DNA from: Candidatus Pacearchaeota archaeon
GTDB lineage: Archaea > Nanobdellota > Nanobdellia > Pacearchaeales > UBA284
Direction: 5' to 3'
NCBI GenBank assembly: GCA_026016245.1
Contig: CP061211.1
Span: forward strand, 180,001 to 212,000
Length of the DNA stretch: 32,000 nt
Made by a program: the position numbers and the translations under genes. The notes under the pieces were generated by a model that worked only from the letters and a program-made list of their open reading frames with translations, did no database searches and had not been told where the DNA came from. Position 1 is the first letter of the stretch. Every line of letters starts with the position of its first letter. Of the stretch, positions 17,000-26,122 are shown one piece after another.

Positions 17000-19399
17000 T
17001 TACTTTATTGCTTTAAATGCCGCATTAATTGAATTCTCAGGCCATCCTGCTCCTTTTAGCTTGGCTTTAATCTCTGCTCTTGTTGCTCCAGTCGCTAGTG
17101 CATCTCTTATGTAAGAAGTTAACTCAGGATAAGATTCTTTTGCCTTTGGTTTTTTTCCTGCTTTTGGAAGAATGAATTGTTTGACAATAAAGATTATAGC
17201 TGCAAGAAGGATTACTCCTATCAAAACATAGATTAACCAGCCTAAAGCTGGTTTTTCAGGTTCTGGAGGAATGCAAGTTTTTTCTTCTACTGGTATATAA
17301 CTTGAAGGATCTTGAGGATCACATGTTCCAATCAAGTCACATGTTCTGTATTGTATTCCTGTTTCTGGACAGATAGTTGGTTGCCATTGTGTACATGACC
17401 AATCATCTGCTGTACATGGAGGTAGAGCAGCACAAATAGGATCATACCATGTATCATTTAAGATGTGGGTTGTGCTACAATTATTTAGGTCAACACATGT
17501 TCTAGTTCTATAGCTATCAACACAATCTCCCCAGCTACCACATGACCAGTTTTCAACACAACAAGCTCTCTCTTCTGTTTTTGTTCCTAAGCCGCATGTT
17601 GTATCTGTACAGTTTCTTGTCTGTTTATCTGTGCAAGGATAAGGCAGCCATTCAGTACACTGCCAAACTGGCTCGCAAACTTCACCGACTCTAAAAGATT
17701 GTTTTACCTCATACATTGTACAGGTTTCAAGAGTAATCCACTCTCCTGTTTGTGGATCCTGTATAGTACCACAATATTTGTTAGTTGGTTTGTATTGGAT
17801 TTTCACAACAAGATCATAAGTTCCATTTTCTCCAGGAGTTTTGAAGTGAGTTAAATCATCTAAAAACAGCTCATAAATATTATCCCAGTTTTTACAGCTG
17901 CTTGGAGCATTTGATGATGTATCTAAACAAGCTGCATAACCACTACCAAAATCAAATAAAGTACAAATGCTATCCTTACATCTTCCTGATTGGGTATCTT
18001 CATCTGACCATTCTGAAGGATTTTTTATATATTGGAAAAATCCGCTAGTTATGTTTCTTTTATTATCTGATGTTGATTCTCTCACAAAAGTTGCCAAGGT
18101 CAAAGGAAGATTTGCTGCACAACTTGACCAGCATTCATCTCCTTCTTCAGGGCATTCAAACTGTTCAAAATAGCTTCCTAGACCAGTTCCTTCTGCGCAA
18201 CACTTCTTGCCTCTAGCTTCACATAAATCTGAAGGGGTTACTCCTGTAGTTGTTTTTGTCAGCTTAATATCATCCCATCTTACTATTTGTGCATAAGGCC
18301 AGGTTGTACTAGGTTTACCATGAGATATTATCCAAATTTCCTTTACTAAATCATTCTCTGGCCATCCTTGTGCTATCCAGTCTGAATATAAATCAGCGCT
18401 CTCATTTGACCAATTACTTATAGTTGGCAAGGTTTTTGGAATGAAGGCATCTATATTAGGATTATAATTTGGATAAATAGCTGTGAATGAACAAGCATTG
18501 TCAATAGGATAATAATAATGTAATTTCTTACCAGAATTTGATTTAATTACAAGTTCAAAAGCACAACCTAAATCATATTTATACCAGTTAAGTTTCCATT
18601 GCAAAGGATCTGATAATAGTATTCCTTGGAAACTTAAACCATCAAAATTTAATTCATTCTCAGTTTCAAAGTTAGAGCCAGATGATGAATAGGTCGCTTT
18701 TCTCTCAGGAATATATCCTTTTCTGAATGCAGAGATTGGGGAGGCTCTTGCTGTCAAGTCTTGGTAAAAAGCAGCATATCCTTGTGTCATCTGAATGCTA
18801 TTAGAATCTGTGAATGCAACTATGCTTGTGACTTGTCCTAAAGGATCCATCCAATATTCCTCTATTCCAAATGCATTTCCTGCCATCCCAACAACAGATG
18901 GAGTCCAGCTTCTTGGCAAACTGCCCCAGATATCCTCAAAACCACTATTAATAATAATTTGTCTACATTGCGGGCCCATCATCTGACAGCAAATTCCTTC
19001 AGGGTCTGCTCTATTCACTACACATTCACCTAATGTTTCATTATATATAAACCAAGATATCTCCTGATTATTATCACAAAGATATTTTGAACATTTCGGC
19101 TTGTTAGTATAGACAAGAAAATTAATTTCTGTGTTTGGGGGCAATAAATCTCCTGGTTGAAGCATTAATTTTACAGAACCATTAAAATTCGAGCTTCTAT
19201 TGTAACTAGACCTAGCTAGCTCACTAGTTAATGTTGCTACTCCTGTCACAGGCATCTTAGGTGTTGGTGATTCTCTAAATAATATCATTATTGCAACAAC
19301 AACAAATATTAAAAATAAAATAAGAACAATTTTTTCCTTAGTATTGTAAGGCATTCTTTTCACTGCTGGTTCTTTATGCCTCTTTTTCATTTTTCTCAT
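17000..19399 (-). CDS. Large surface protein with N-terminal anchor, Cys-rich thrombospondin-1-like repeats and C-terminal TM
   Basis: N-terminal TM (IVLILFLIFVVVAIMILF). WQCTEWLPYPCTDKQTRNC, WSCGSWGDCVDSYRTRTC and WSCTQWQPTIC repeats. C-terminal TM (LGWLIYVLIGVILLAAIIFIVKQFIL) and a short helical tail. Confidence 0.8.
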   Translation of the reverse strand: MRKMKKRHKEPAVKRMPYNTKEKIVLILFLIFVVVAIMILFRESPTPKMPVTGVATLTSELARSSYNRSSNFNGSVKLMLQPGDLLPPNTEINFLVYTNKPKCSKYLCDNNQEISWFIYNETLGECVVNRADPEGICCQMMGPQCRQIIINSGFEDIWGSLPRSWTPSVVGMAGNAFGIEEYWMDPLGQVTSIVAFTDSNSIQMTQGYAAFYQDLTARASPISAFRKGYIPERKATYSSSGSNFETENELNFDGLSFQGILLSDPLQWKLNWYKYDLGCAFELVIKSNSGKKLHYYYPIDNACSFTAIYPNYNPNIDAFIPKTLPTISNWSNESADLYSDWIAQGWPENDLVKEIWIISHGKPSTTWPYAQIVRWDDIKLTKTTTGVTPSDLCEARGKKCCAEGTGLGSYFEQFECPEEGDECWSSCAANLPLTLATFVRESTSDNKRNITSGFFQYIKNPSEWSDEDTQSGRCKDSICTLFDFGSGYAACLDTSSNAPSSCKNWDNIYELFLDDLTHFKTPGENGTYDLVVKIQYKPTNKYCGTIQDPQTGEWITLETCTMYEVKQSFRVGEVCEPVWQCTEWLPYPCTDKQTRNCTDTTCGLGTKTEERACCVENWSCGSWGDCVDSYRTRTCVDLNNCSTTHILNDTWYDPICAALPPCTADDWSCTQWQPTICPETGIQYRTCDLIGTCDPQDPSSYIPVEEKTCIPPEPEKPALGWLIYVLIGVILLAAIIFIVKQFILPKAGKKPKAKESYPELTSYIRDALATGATRAEIKAKLKGAGWPENSINAAFKAIK

Positions 19400-19488
19400 T
19401 ACTAAAAGAATATATTTGGATATTTAAATAGATTTCGGTAAATTCTTGTAAACATTAGATTTAAAAAATATTTTACCTTGAAAATATC

Positions 19489-21903
19489 ATGAAAAAAGAA
19501 GTGAAAAGAAAGAAAAAAAGAAAAAAGAAAATAATAGATTTTAATGTCATAGAAAAAAAATGGCAAAATTATTGGGAGAAGGAAAAAATATATAGGTTTG
19601 ATCCTAAAAGCAAGAAGAAAATATTTTCTATAGATGTCCCCCCACCTTATGCTTCTTCTGGCCATCTTCATGTTGGCCATGCTTTACATTATACACAGTT
19701 TGAGATAATTGCAAGATTTAGGAGAATGTTAGGAGAGAATGTTTATTTTGCTCCGTGTTTTGATGACAATGGCCTGCCTACAGAGAAGTATGTAGAGGAA
19801 AAATTAGGAATCTCAAAGAAGGATGTGACAAGAGCAAAGTTCAGGAAATTATGTTTAGAAGAATCCAAAAAAATAGAGAAAACATATTCAGATAGAGTTT
19901 TCAAAAAACTAGGGCATAGTTATGACTGGTCTCTCCTTTATACAACTATCTCTCCTGAAGCACAAAAAATAGCTCAAGTTTCTTTCCTTGATTTAATTAA
20001 GAAAGGTGATTGTTATAGGGCTGAGGAACCAACTATTTGGTGTCCTTATCACCAAACAGCTCTTGCACAAGCAGAAGTTGAGGATTTGAAAAGAACAACT
20101 CAGCTAAATTATATTTATTTTGACTTAGAAGGGGAAAAAGAGAAAATAAAGATAGCGACAACTAGGCCTGAATTACTTGCTTCTTGTGTTGGCGTCTTTG
20201 TCAATCCATCAGATATAAAAAACAAAAAATTGGTTGGAAAAACAGCAATAGTTCCTCTCTTCGGTTATAAAGTTAGAATTATGGAAGATGAGAAAGTAGA
20301 CCCAGAATTTGGAACAGGAATAGTGATGGTATGTACATTTGGTGATACAGGTGATATAGAATTCTGGAAAAAATATAAACTAGATTTAAAAATAAGCATA
20401 GATAAAGAAGGTAAATTAACTGAAGTTGCTGGAAAATACAAGGGTTTGGATATCAAAAGAGCAAAAGAAAAAATTCTAGAGGATTTGAGGAAGGAAAAAA
20501 GGCTAGAGAAGCAGGAGACAATAGAGCAGACAGTTGGAGCTTGTTGGAGATGTTCAACACCAATAGAATTCATAGTTACAAAGCAATGGTTCATAAAAAC
20601 TTTGCAATATAAGGAAAAACTGATTGGATTTGGAAGAAAAATTCAATGGTTTCCTCAATTCTATAGAATGAGATATGAAGACTGGGTCAGGAATCTAGGA
20701 TGGGACTGGACCATCAGCAGACAAAGATATTATGGTGTTCCTATCCCTGTCTGGTATTGTAAAAAATGTAAAAAAATAATTTTTGCTGAAAAGAACAATC
20801 TACCAGTTGATCCTACAGCAAGCAAGCCAAAAAAGAAATGCTCTTGCGGCTCAAATCAATTTAAACCAGAGTATGATGTTTTTGATACATGGATGACTTC
20901 AAGTATGACACCACAAATAGCTATGAGATGGTTAAAAAAGCCAAAGGAATTCAAAAAAATGTTTCCTGCATCACTCAGACCTCAAGCTCATGATATAATC
21001 AGAACCTGGACTTTTTACACAATTCTTAAGTCATTTTTACATTTCAGTAGTATTCCCTGGAAAAATATTGCTATAGGCACTTATGTTTTAGATTCTAAAG
21101 GAAAAGGCATGCACAAGTCTAAAGGTAATGTTATATGGGCAGAGGATATTTTAAATAAGTATAGTACTGATGTTTTCAGATACTGGGTTGGAATAGCCAC
21201 TTTTGGTGAAGATTTAAGATATCAAGAAAAGGATTTAATAGCAGGAAAAAAATTTTTAACAAAACTCTGGAATGCTTTCAACTTTTCCTCAATACATTTA
21301 AAAAATTACAAGTCAAAGAAACCAAAAAAATTACAAGCTATAGATCAATGGCTTCTTTCAAAGATACAAAAACTTATACAAGAAATAACAAAAGATTTTA
21401 AAAATTACAAGACAGGAAACGTAACAAGAAAAATTGAATACTTTTTCTGGCATATTTTCTGTGATAATTATCTGGAAATATCAAAAAACAGATTATACCA
21501 AGGAAAAAAACAAGAAAAAGAATCTGCGCAATACACTCTCTACAATTCTTTCCTAACACTAATAAAAATTCTTGCACCAACAGTCCCGCATATAACAGAA
21601 GAACTTTATCAGCAATACTATAGAAAACATGAAAAAGTAAAAAGTATCCATATAGCAGAATGGCCAAAACCTGTTGCAGGATTAATAAATGAAAAAATAG
21701 AGAAGCTTGGGGATAAAGCAATTGAGATAATAGGAAAAGTAAGACAATATAAAACAAAAAATCAGAAATCTCTCAAAGCTGAAATTATTCTCACACTAGA
21801 TAAAGACAAAATAAAAGAACTCAAGCCTTTTATTCAAGACCTGGCTGCTGTAACAAAAGCAAAAGAAATAAAAACAGGAAAATTTGATATAAAATTTCTT
21901 TAA
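19489..21903 (+). CDS. valS: Valyl-tRNA synthetase
   Basis: HIGH-type motif HLHVGHAL, CFDDNGLPTEKYVE, editing domain TTRPELLASC, RPQAHDIIRTWTFYT, and MHKSKGN (KMSKS-type). Confidence 0.93.
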   Translation: MKKEVKRKKKRKKKIIDFNVIEKKWQNYWEKEKIYRFDPKSKKKIFSIDVPPPYASSGHLHVGHALHYTQFEIIARFRRMLGENVYFAPCFDDNGLPTEKYVEEKLGISKKDVTRAKFRKLCLEESKKIEKTYSDRVFKKLGHSYDWSLLYTTISPEAQKIAQVSFLDLIKKGDCYRAEEPTIWCPYHQTALAQAEVEDLKRTTQLNYIYFDLEGEKEKIKIATTRPELLASCVGVFVNPSDIKNKKLVGKTAIVPLFGYKVRIMEDEKVDPEFGTGIVMVCTFGDTGDIEFWKKYKLDLKISIDKEGKLTEVAGKYKGLDIKRAKEKILEDLRKEKRLEKQETIEQTVGACWRCSTPIEFIVTKQWFIKTLQYKEKLIGFGRKIQWFPQFYRMRYEDWVRNLGWDWTISRQRYYGVPIPVWYCKKCKKIIFAEKNNLPVDPTASKPKKKCSCGSNQFKPEYDVFDTWMTSSMTPQIAMRWLKKPKEFKKMFPASLRPQAHDIIRTWTFYTILKSFLHFSSIPWKNIAIGTYVLDSKGKGMHKSKGNVIWAEDILNKYSTDVFRYWVGIATFGEDLRYQEKDLIAGKKFLTKLWNAFNFSSIHLKNYKSKKPKKLQAIDQWLLSKIQKLIQEITKDFKNYKTGNVTRKIEYFFWHIFCDNYLEISKNRLYQGKKQEKESAQYTLYNSFLTLIKILAPTVPHITEELYQQYYRKHEKVKSIHIAEWPKPVAGLINEKIEKLGDKAIEIIGKVRQYKTKNQKSLKAEIILTLDKDKIKELKPFIQDLAAVTKAKEIKTGKFDIKFL

Positions 21904-23162
21904 CTATGTTTATCAAATTCTTTGTAAATATCTTCTCTTATTTTAACTAGTTCTTCTTTTGGAATCTTACATTTCACAACCGGTTTATCTGTTGTATATT
22001 CGCTAAAGTCTTCAGTAAGTAATAAATCCATATTTTTATATTCTTCAAATAAAGGCAACGTAGGAAATGGTGTAAAAAAGGCTAGTCTTAATCTATTTAA
22101 TGGCAATTCAATGATAGTTTCTTTAAATTTAGCTAAACTTTCTCGGTTATCTTTAGGATAACCAATCATAAAATAACCCACAGTCTGAATACCAAATTGT
22201 GCTGTTAAATCTAATATCTTTTTTGTTTCGGAAAATTTTTGTATTTTTCCTATTGTTTTAAGCATTGTATCTTCAGTAGCTTCAATACCATATCTAATTT
22301 CAAAACAGCCTGTTTCTTTCATTACATTTAAAATGCCCTTGTCTATTTGATGAGGAGAGCACATTACAGAATACTTTAAGTCTATATTTTCCTTTTTTAT
22401 CTCGTTAAGAAGTTCATATACTCTGTTTTTATTAAGATTAAATGTTAAATCAGTAAAATAAAATTTATTAGCTCCTAGTTCCTTGGCTTGTTTTATTTCT
22501 TCAATTGTATTTTTAGCAGACCTCCAATTTACTTGACGATTCCAAATTCTATATGAATCACAAAAAGTACACCTATGTGGACAGCCTCTTGAATGAGCTA
22601 TCTGTATTATATTATCATATTTTTTTATACTCTTTTTAGTACGAAGCGGAAATGCCAATTCATCTAAATTCTTTATTCTTTCTCTCGGTTTCGTTATTCT
22701 TAAGTGATCATCCCAATAAGCAATTCCTCTAACTTCACTAATATCTTTGCCAGATTCTAGAGCCTTTACTAATGCACTAAAAGTAATTTCACCTTCACCA
22801 ATAACAACAAAATCTATATTTCTATCTCTAACAATTTGAGGATAACCTGATGGGTGATAACCTCCCATAACTGTTATTATTTTTGGATTGTATTTTTTAA
22901 TTCCATCGCATAATTTTTGCGTATTTGGAGCAGTAAAAGTATATACAGAAAACCCCACAAGATCTGGTTGTTCTTCTGTTATCTCTTTTAGTATTTCCTT
23001 ATTTGACCTGTGCCTTTGATGAATTATTTTTATGTTATGATCTTGCTTTATTTGGGCACCAATATATTGAAGAGCTAATGGTTCACACCATATTTCTTGG
23101 TCAATATATATCGCGCTTCTGTATTTTTCCCTATTTGGTTCTATTAAGACTATGTTTTTCAT
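21900..23162 (-). CDS. B12-binding-domain radical SAM protein
   Basis: N-terminal Rossmann-like PDLVGFSVYT...VMGGYHPSGYPQ, then radical SAM motif SRGCPHRCTFCDSYRIW (CxxxCxxC). Confidence 0.9.
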   Translation of the reverse strand: MKNIVLIEPNREKYRSAIYIDQEIWCEPLALQYIGAQIKQDHNIKIIHQRHRSNKEILKEITEEQPDLVGFSVYTFTAPNTQKLCDGIKKYNPKIITVMGGYHPSGYPQIVRDRNIDFVVIGEGEITFSALVKALESGKDISEVRGIAYWDDHLRITKPRERIKNLDELAFPLRTKKSIKKYDNIIQIAHSRGCPHRCTFCDSYRIWNRQVNWRSAKNTIEEIKQAKELGANKFYFTDLTFNLNKNRVYELLNEIKKENIDLKYSVMCSPHQIDKGILNVMKETGCFEIRYGIEATEDTMLKTIGKIQKFSETKKILDLTAQFGIQTVGYFMIGYPKDNRESLAKFKETIIELPLNRLRLAFFTPFPTLPLFEEYKNMDLLLTEDFSEYTTDKPVVKCKIPKEELVKIREDIYKEFDKHS

Positions 23163-24180
23163 TTTTTATTTCCTGTTCTTTAATATAATCCTCTAATTTT
23201 TCTCTAGAAAGATACATTTTTTCTACGTCAATTTTTTTTCTTAGAATTCCATATTCAACCAATATGTCTGCAAGATATTGAACTTTTTCTAAGTCAACTG
23301 GTTCTGTTGACTTTACTTTAAAATATATTCCCATCTCTGTTGCAAGTTCAGAAGATAAGTAACTAACATATTTAGCAACAATCTTTTTTCCCTCTATAGG
23401 ATTCTCTTTATAAAAATCTAGTGCCTCATCAAGCGCATCCATTACTTTTTCAACAATCTTTGGATTTCTTTTTGCATACTTTGTTAATACTGCGCTAGCC
23501 CCAGACCAATAAGGATCAATTATATAATTAGCTCGCGGATTTTTGATTAACAACCTGGCTCCTCCTTTTGCCATTGTTAGAATTAGATAAGGTTGACTGA
23601 TGAAGAGAACATCAATTCTATTAGCAGTAAGAGTATGGGCTGCTACTTCTAAGCCCACGGGTATTATTTTAACATCTCTCTCAAGATTCAACTGGAGTTT
23701 GCTTAAAATTAATTTTAGATTAAGAATATCTATTTGAGAAGTAGCTCCGATTTTTTTTTGTCTTAAATCTTCAACAGATTTTATAGAAGATTTTTTATTT
23801 ACCAAGAACCCAAAAATCAGTTCTCCATTACTTTTTTCACCACCTAGATGGAAAATTTTGATAGTGCCAGGATTTTCAGCTTCTATTCCAAATAAATATG
23901 GAAAACTAGTTGGAACATTTAAATCGACTCTTTCACTAATTAATGCATCTGTATGTTCTCTAAAACCACATTTTACAAGTTCAACTTCTAATCCTTCTTT
24001 CTTAAAATACCCTTTATCATCTGCTATAAAATAAGCTATCCCTGAAGCATGTTCCATATAACCAATTCTAACTTTATTTTCTAAATTTTCTTTTTTTCCG
24101 CAGTTAAAACTAAAAAGAAGACTACTTATAAGCAAAATTTTTATTATTTTTTTACTAAGATTTTTTATTTTGAAGTTCAT
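23131..24180 (-). CDS. NitT/TauT (SsuA/ThiY)-type ABC substrate-binding lipoprotein
   Basis: Signal LLISSLLFSFNCGKK with a lipobox-like Cys. GYMEHASGIAYFIADDKGYFKKEGLEVELV and SVEDLRQKKIGA are typical of periplasmic-binding protein type 2 NMT1/THI5-like proteins. Confidence 0.85.
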   Translation of the reverse strand: MNFKIKNLSKKIIKILLISSLLFSFNCGKKENLENKVRIGYMEHASGIAYFIADDKGYFKKEGLEVELVKCGFREHTDALISERVDLNVPTSFPYLFGIEAENPGTIKIFHLGGEKSNGELIFGFLVNKKSSIKSVEDLRQKKIGATSQIDILNLKLILSKLQLNLERDVKIIPVGLEVAAHTLTANRIDVLFISQPYLILTMAKGGARLLIKNPRANYIIDPYWSGASAVLTKYAKRNPKIVEKVMDALDEALDFYKENPIEGKKIVAKYVSYLSSELATEMGIYFKVKSTEPVDLEKVQYLADILVEYGILRKKIDVEKMYLSREKLEDYIKEQEIKNEKHSLNRTK

Positions 24181-24217
24181 TTTTAAATTATTTACTTTAT
24201 AATGGTGGCATAATAAA

Positions 24218-24229
24218 AAAAATTATAAA
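24218..24229. promoter_or_regulatory. Shared AT-rich/TATA-like element in the divergent intergenic region
   Basis: aaattataaatc lies centrally in the about 115-nt gap between the divergent substrate-binding-protein and TrmB-like genes. Confidence 0.3.
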
Positions 24230-24295
24230 TCTTCGTTGTCTTATATATGGACAACAATAGAAAAATTTAAAAAAGCAATTATCTTCTGAGAAAAT

Positions 24296-25063
24296 ATGAA
24301 CAAAGAAACTTTAAAGAAACTGGGATTAACAGAAAGCGAAATAAATGTTTATTTAGCTCTAATAGAGTTAGGAAGCAGTTTAGCTAGCAAAGTTGCTAAA
24401 AAATGTGGTTTGCATAGGACAAATGTATATGATAGTTTAGATAAATTAATTAAAAGAGGCTTGATAAGTTTTGTTGTTAGAGAGAATAGAAAATATTTTT
24501 CTGCTGCAGATCCAGAAAAATTATTAAAAATTTTAGAAGGAAAAAAACAAGAAATCGAACGAGAAGAAAGTAGTCTAAAAACAATAATTTCTGAGCTTAG
24601 AAAAAAGAAAAGATTGACAGAAGAGAAAATAGAAGCACAAATTTACAAGGGAAAAGAGGGATTCAAAACAGTGATGGAAATGATTCTTGAAGAAGCAAAA
24701 GGGAAAGAGTGGCTTTATTTAGGCGGCACTGGCAAAGTTTATGAGTTATTACCTTATTATTTGCCAGCCCTTATAAAAAAAAGAATTAAAGCTAAAATAA
24801 AATTAAAGGTGCTTCTTGCAGATACAAAAGAAACAAGAAATTTAAGCAAAAAAGCTTTTGTAGAATGTAAAGTTAGATTCTTACCAAAAGAAATAAAAAA
24901 TATTACAGCAATTCATGTCTGGAAAGACAAAGTTGCGATAATACCTATAACCCCTACAGCCATAGAAGAACCCGTGGTATTTTTAATACACAATAAAGAA
25001 AACGCAGATTCATTTCGAGACTACTTTAATTGGTTATGGAAAACAGCTGACAGAAAGATTTAA
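24296..25063 (+). CDS. TrmB family transcriptional regulator
   Basis: N-terminal wHTH LGLTESEINVYLALIELGSSLASKVAKKCGLHRTNVYDSLDKLIKRGLI followed by a coiled linker and a TrmB-like effector region. Confidence 0.85.
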   Translation: MNKETLKKLGLTESEINVYLALIELGSSLASKVAKKCGLHRTNVYDSLDKLIKRGLISFVVRENRKYFSAADPEKLLKILEGKKQEIEREESSLKTIISELRKKKRLTEEKIEAQIYKGKEGFKTVMEMILEEAKGKEWLYLGGTGKVYELLPYYLPALIKKRIKAKIKLKVLLADTKETRNLSKKAFVECKVRFLPKEIKNITAIHVWKDKVAIIPITPTAIEEPVVFLIHNKENADSFRDYFNWLWKTADRKI

Positions 25064-25088
25064 AAGTAATGGTTCATATATAGTACAT

Positions 25089-25643
25089 ATGGTTCAAAAT
25101 AGGGACAATGTTGATTCAGAGATAATTTTGCTTTTGCTGAAGGAAGAAACTCATTTAAGAAATATAGCAAGAGCCCTAAAAATACCTCATTCAACAATTC
25201 TAAGAAAATTAGACAGGCTAGTAAAAGAAAATATTCTCGATTATAAAAAAGAGGGAAAAAATAAGGTTTTTTTCATTAAAAAAAATTTACAAGTAAAGAA
25301 TTATATCTTTAATGCAGAAAGATATAAATTTATCAAGCTACTAAAGAAATATTCTGAATTAAATATAATTATTGAAGATATTTTAAAAAAAACAAGCGAG
25401 GATTTGATTGTTCTCTTTGGAAGCTACGCTAAATTTATTGCAAAAAAAGATAGCGACATAGATCTCTATATTGAAACAAGGAACAAGAAAGTTAGAAATA
25501 ATGTAGAATCAATAAATTCAAAGATTAAAGTAAAAATAGGGGTCTTTGATAAAAATTCCCTACTTATAAAGGAAATAATTAAAAATCATATAATCTTGAA
25601 GGGTATGGAGAAATTCTATGAAAACACAGAGTTTTTTAAATGA
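25089..25643 (+). CDS. wHTH-MNT nucleotidyltransferase-domain protein (antitoxin-like)
   Basis: HTH region HLRNIARALKIPHSTILRKLDRLVKENIL, and nucleotidyltransferase motif LFGSYAKFIAKKDSDIDLYI. Confidence 0.85.
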   Translation: MVQNRDNVDSEIILLLLKEETHLRNIARALKIPHSTILRKLDRLVKENILDYKKEGKNKVFFIKKNLQVKNYIFNAERYKFIKLLKKYSELNIIIEDILKKTSEDLIVLFGSYAKFIAKKDSDIDLYIETRNKKVRNNVESINSKIKVKIGVFDKNSLLIKEIIKNHIILKGMEKFYENTEFFK

Positions 25644-26106
25644 AATTAGAAAAGAAGGCAAATTAGAACTTGTAGAGCCTTCAGAAGAAATATGTATCTC
25701 GTATCTTGAGAAAGCTGACAATTGTTTTGAACCTGCTAAAATATTAATGCAAAATAAACTTTATGAAAACTCTATTTCAATGTCTTATTATACAATGTAT
25801 GACTCTTTAGTTGCCTTACTTTTTAAAACAGGAATAAAATGTGAAAATCATTCTGCTTCAATTTTATTACTTACAAAACTATTTAATAAGGAAGATTTAT
25901 TTAAAATCATATCTTTTGCAAAAGAAGAAAGAATAGATAAACAATATTATATAATCTCAGAGAAGAATATCCCATTAATAATAGAATCCAGTAAGGATAT
26001 ATTGAAAAAAGCTGAAGATTTTTTAATCCAAATTAAAATTTTTATTAAAAATTTAAATATACAAAATATAGAAGATCTTAGAAAAAATTTTGAAAATTTA
26101 TTTTAA
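25618..26106 (+). CDS. HEPN-domain protein, probable partner of the MNT gene
   Basis: YLEKADNCFEPAKILMQNKLYENSISMSYYTMYDSLVALLFKTGIKCENHSA is HEPN-like. Overlaps the upstream MNT ORF by 26 nt. Confidence 0.75.
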   Translation: MKTQSFLNEIRKEGKLELVEPSEEICISYLEKADNCFEPAKILMQNKLYENSISMSYYTMYDSLVALLFKTGIKCENHSASILLLTKLFNKEDLFKIISFAKEERIDKQYYIISEKNIPLIIESSKDILKKAEDFLIQIKIFIKNLNIQNIEDLRKNFENLF

Positions 26107-26122
26107 AAAATAAAAGATTAAA

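Noticed and set aside
19402-19680. Minus-strand ORF of 92 aa (MANMKMARRSIRW...)
   Set aside because: Largely antisense to the valS N-terminus, including HLHVGHAL. Its composition reflects A/T-rich antisense rather than a protein family.
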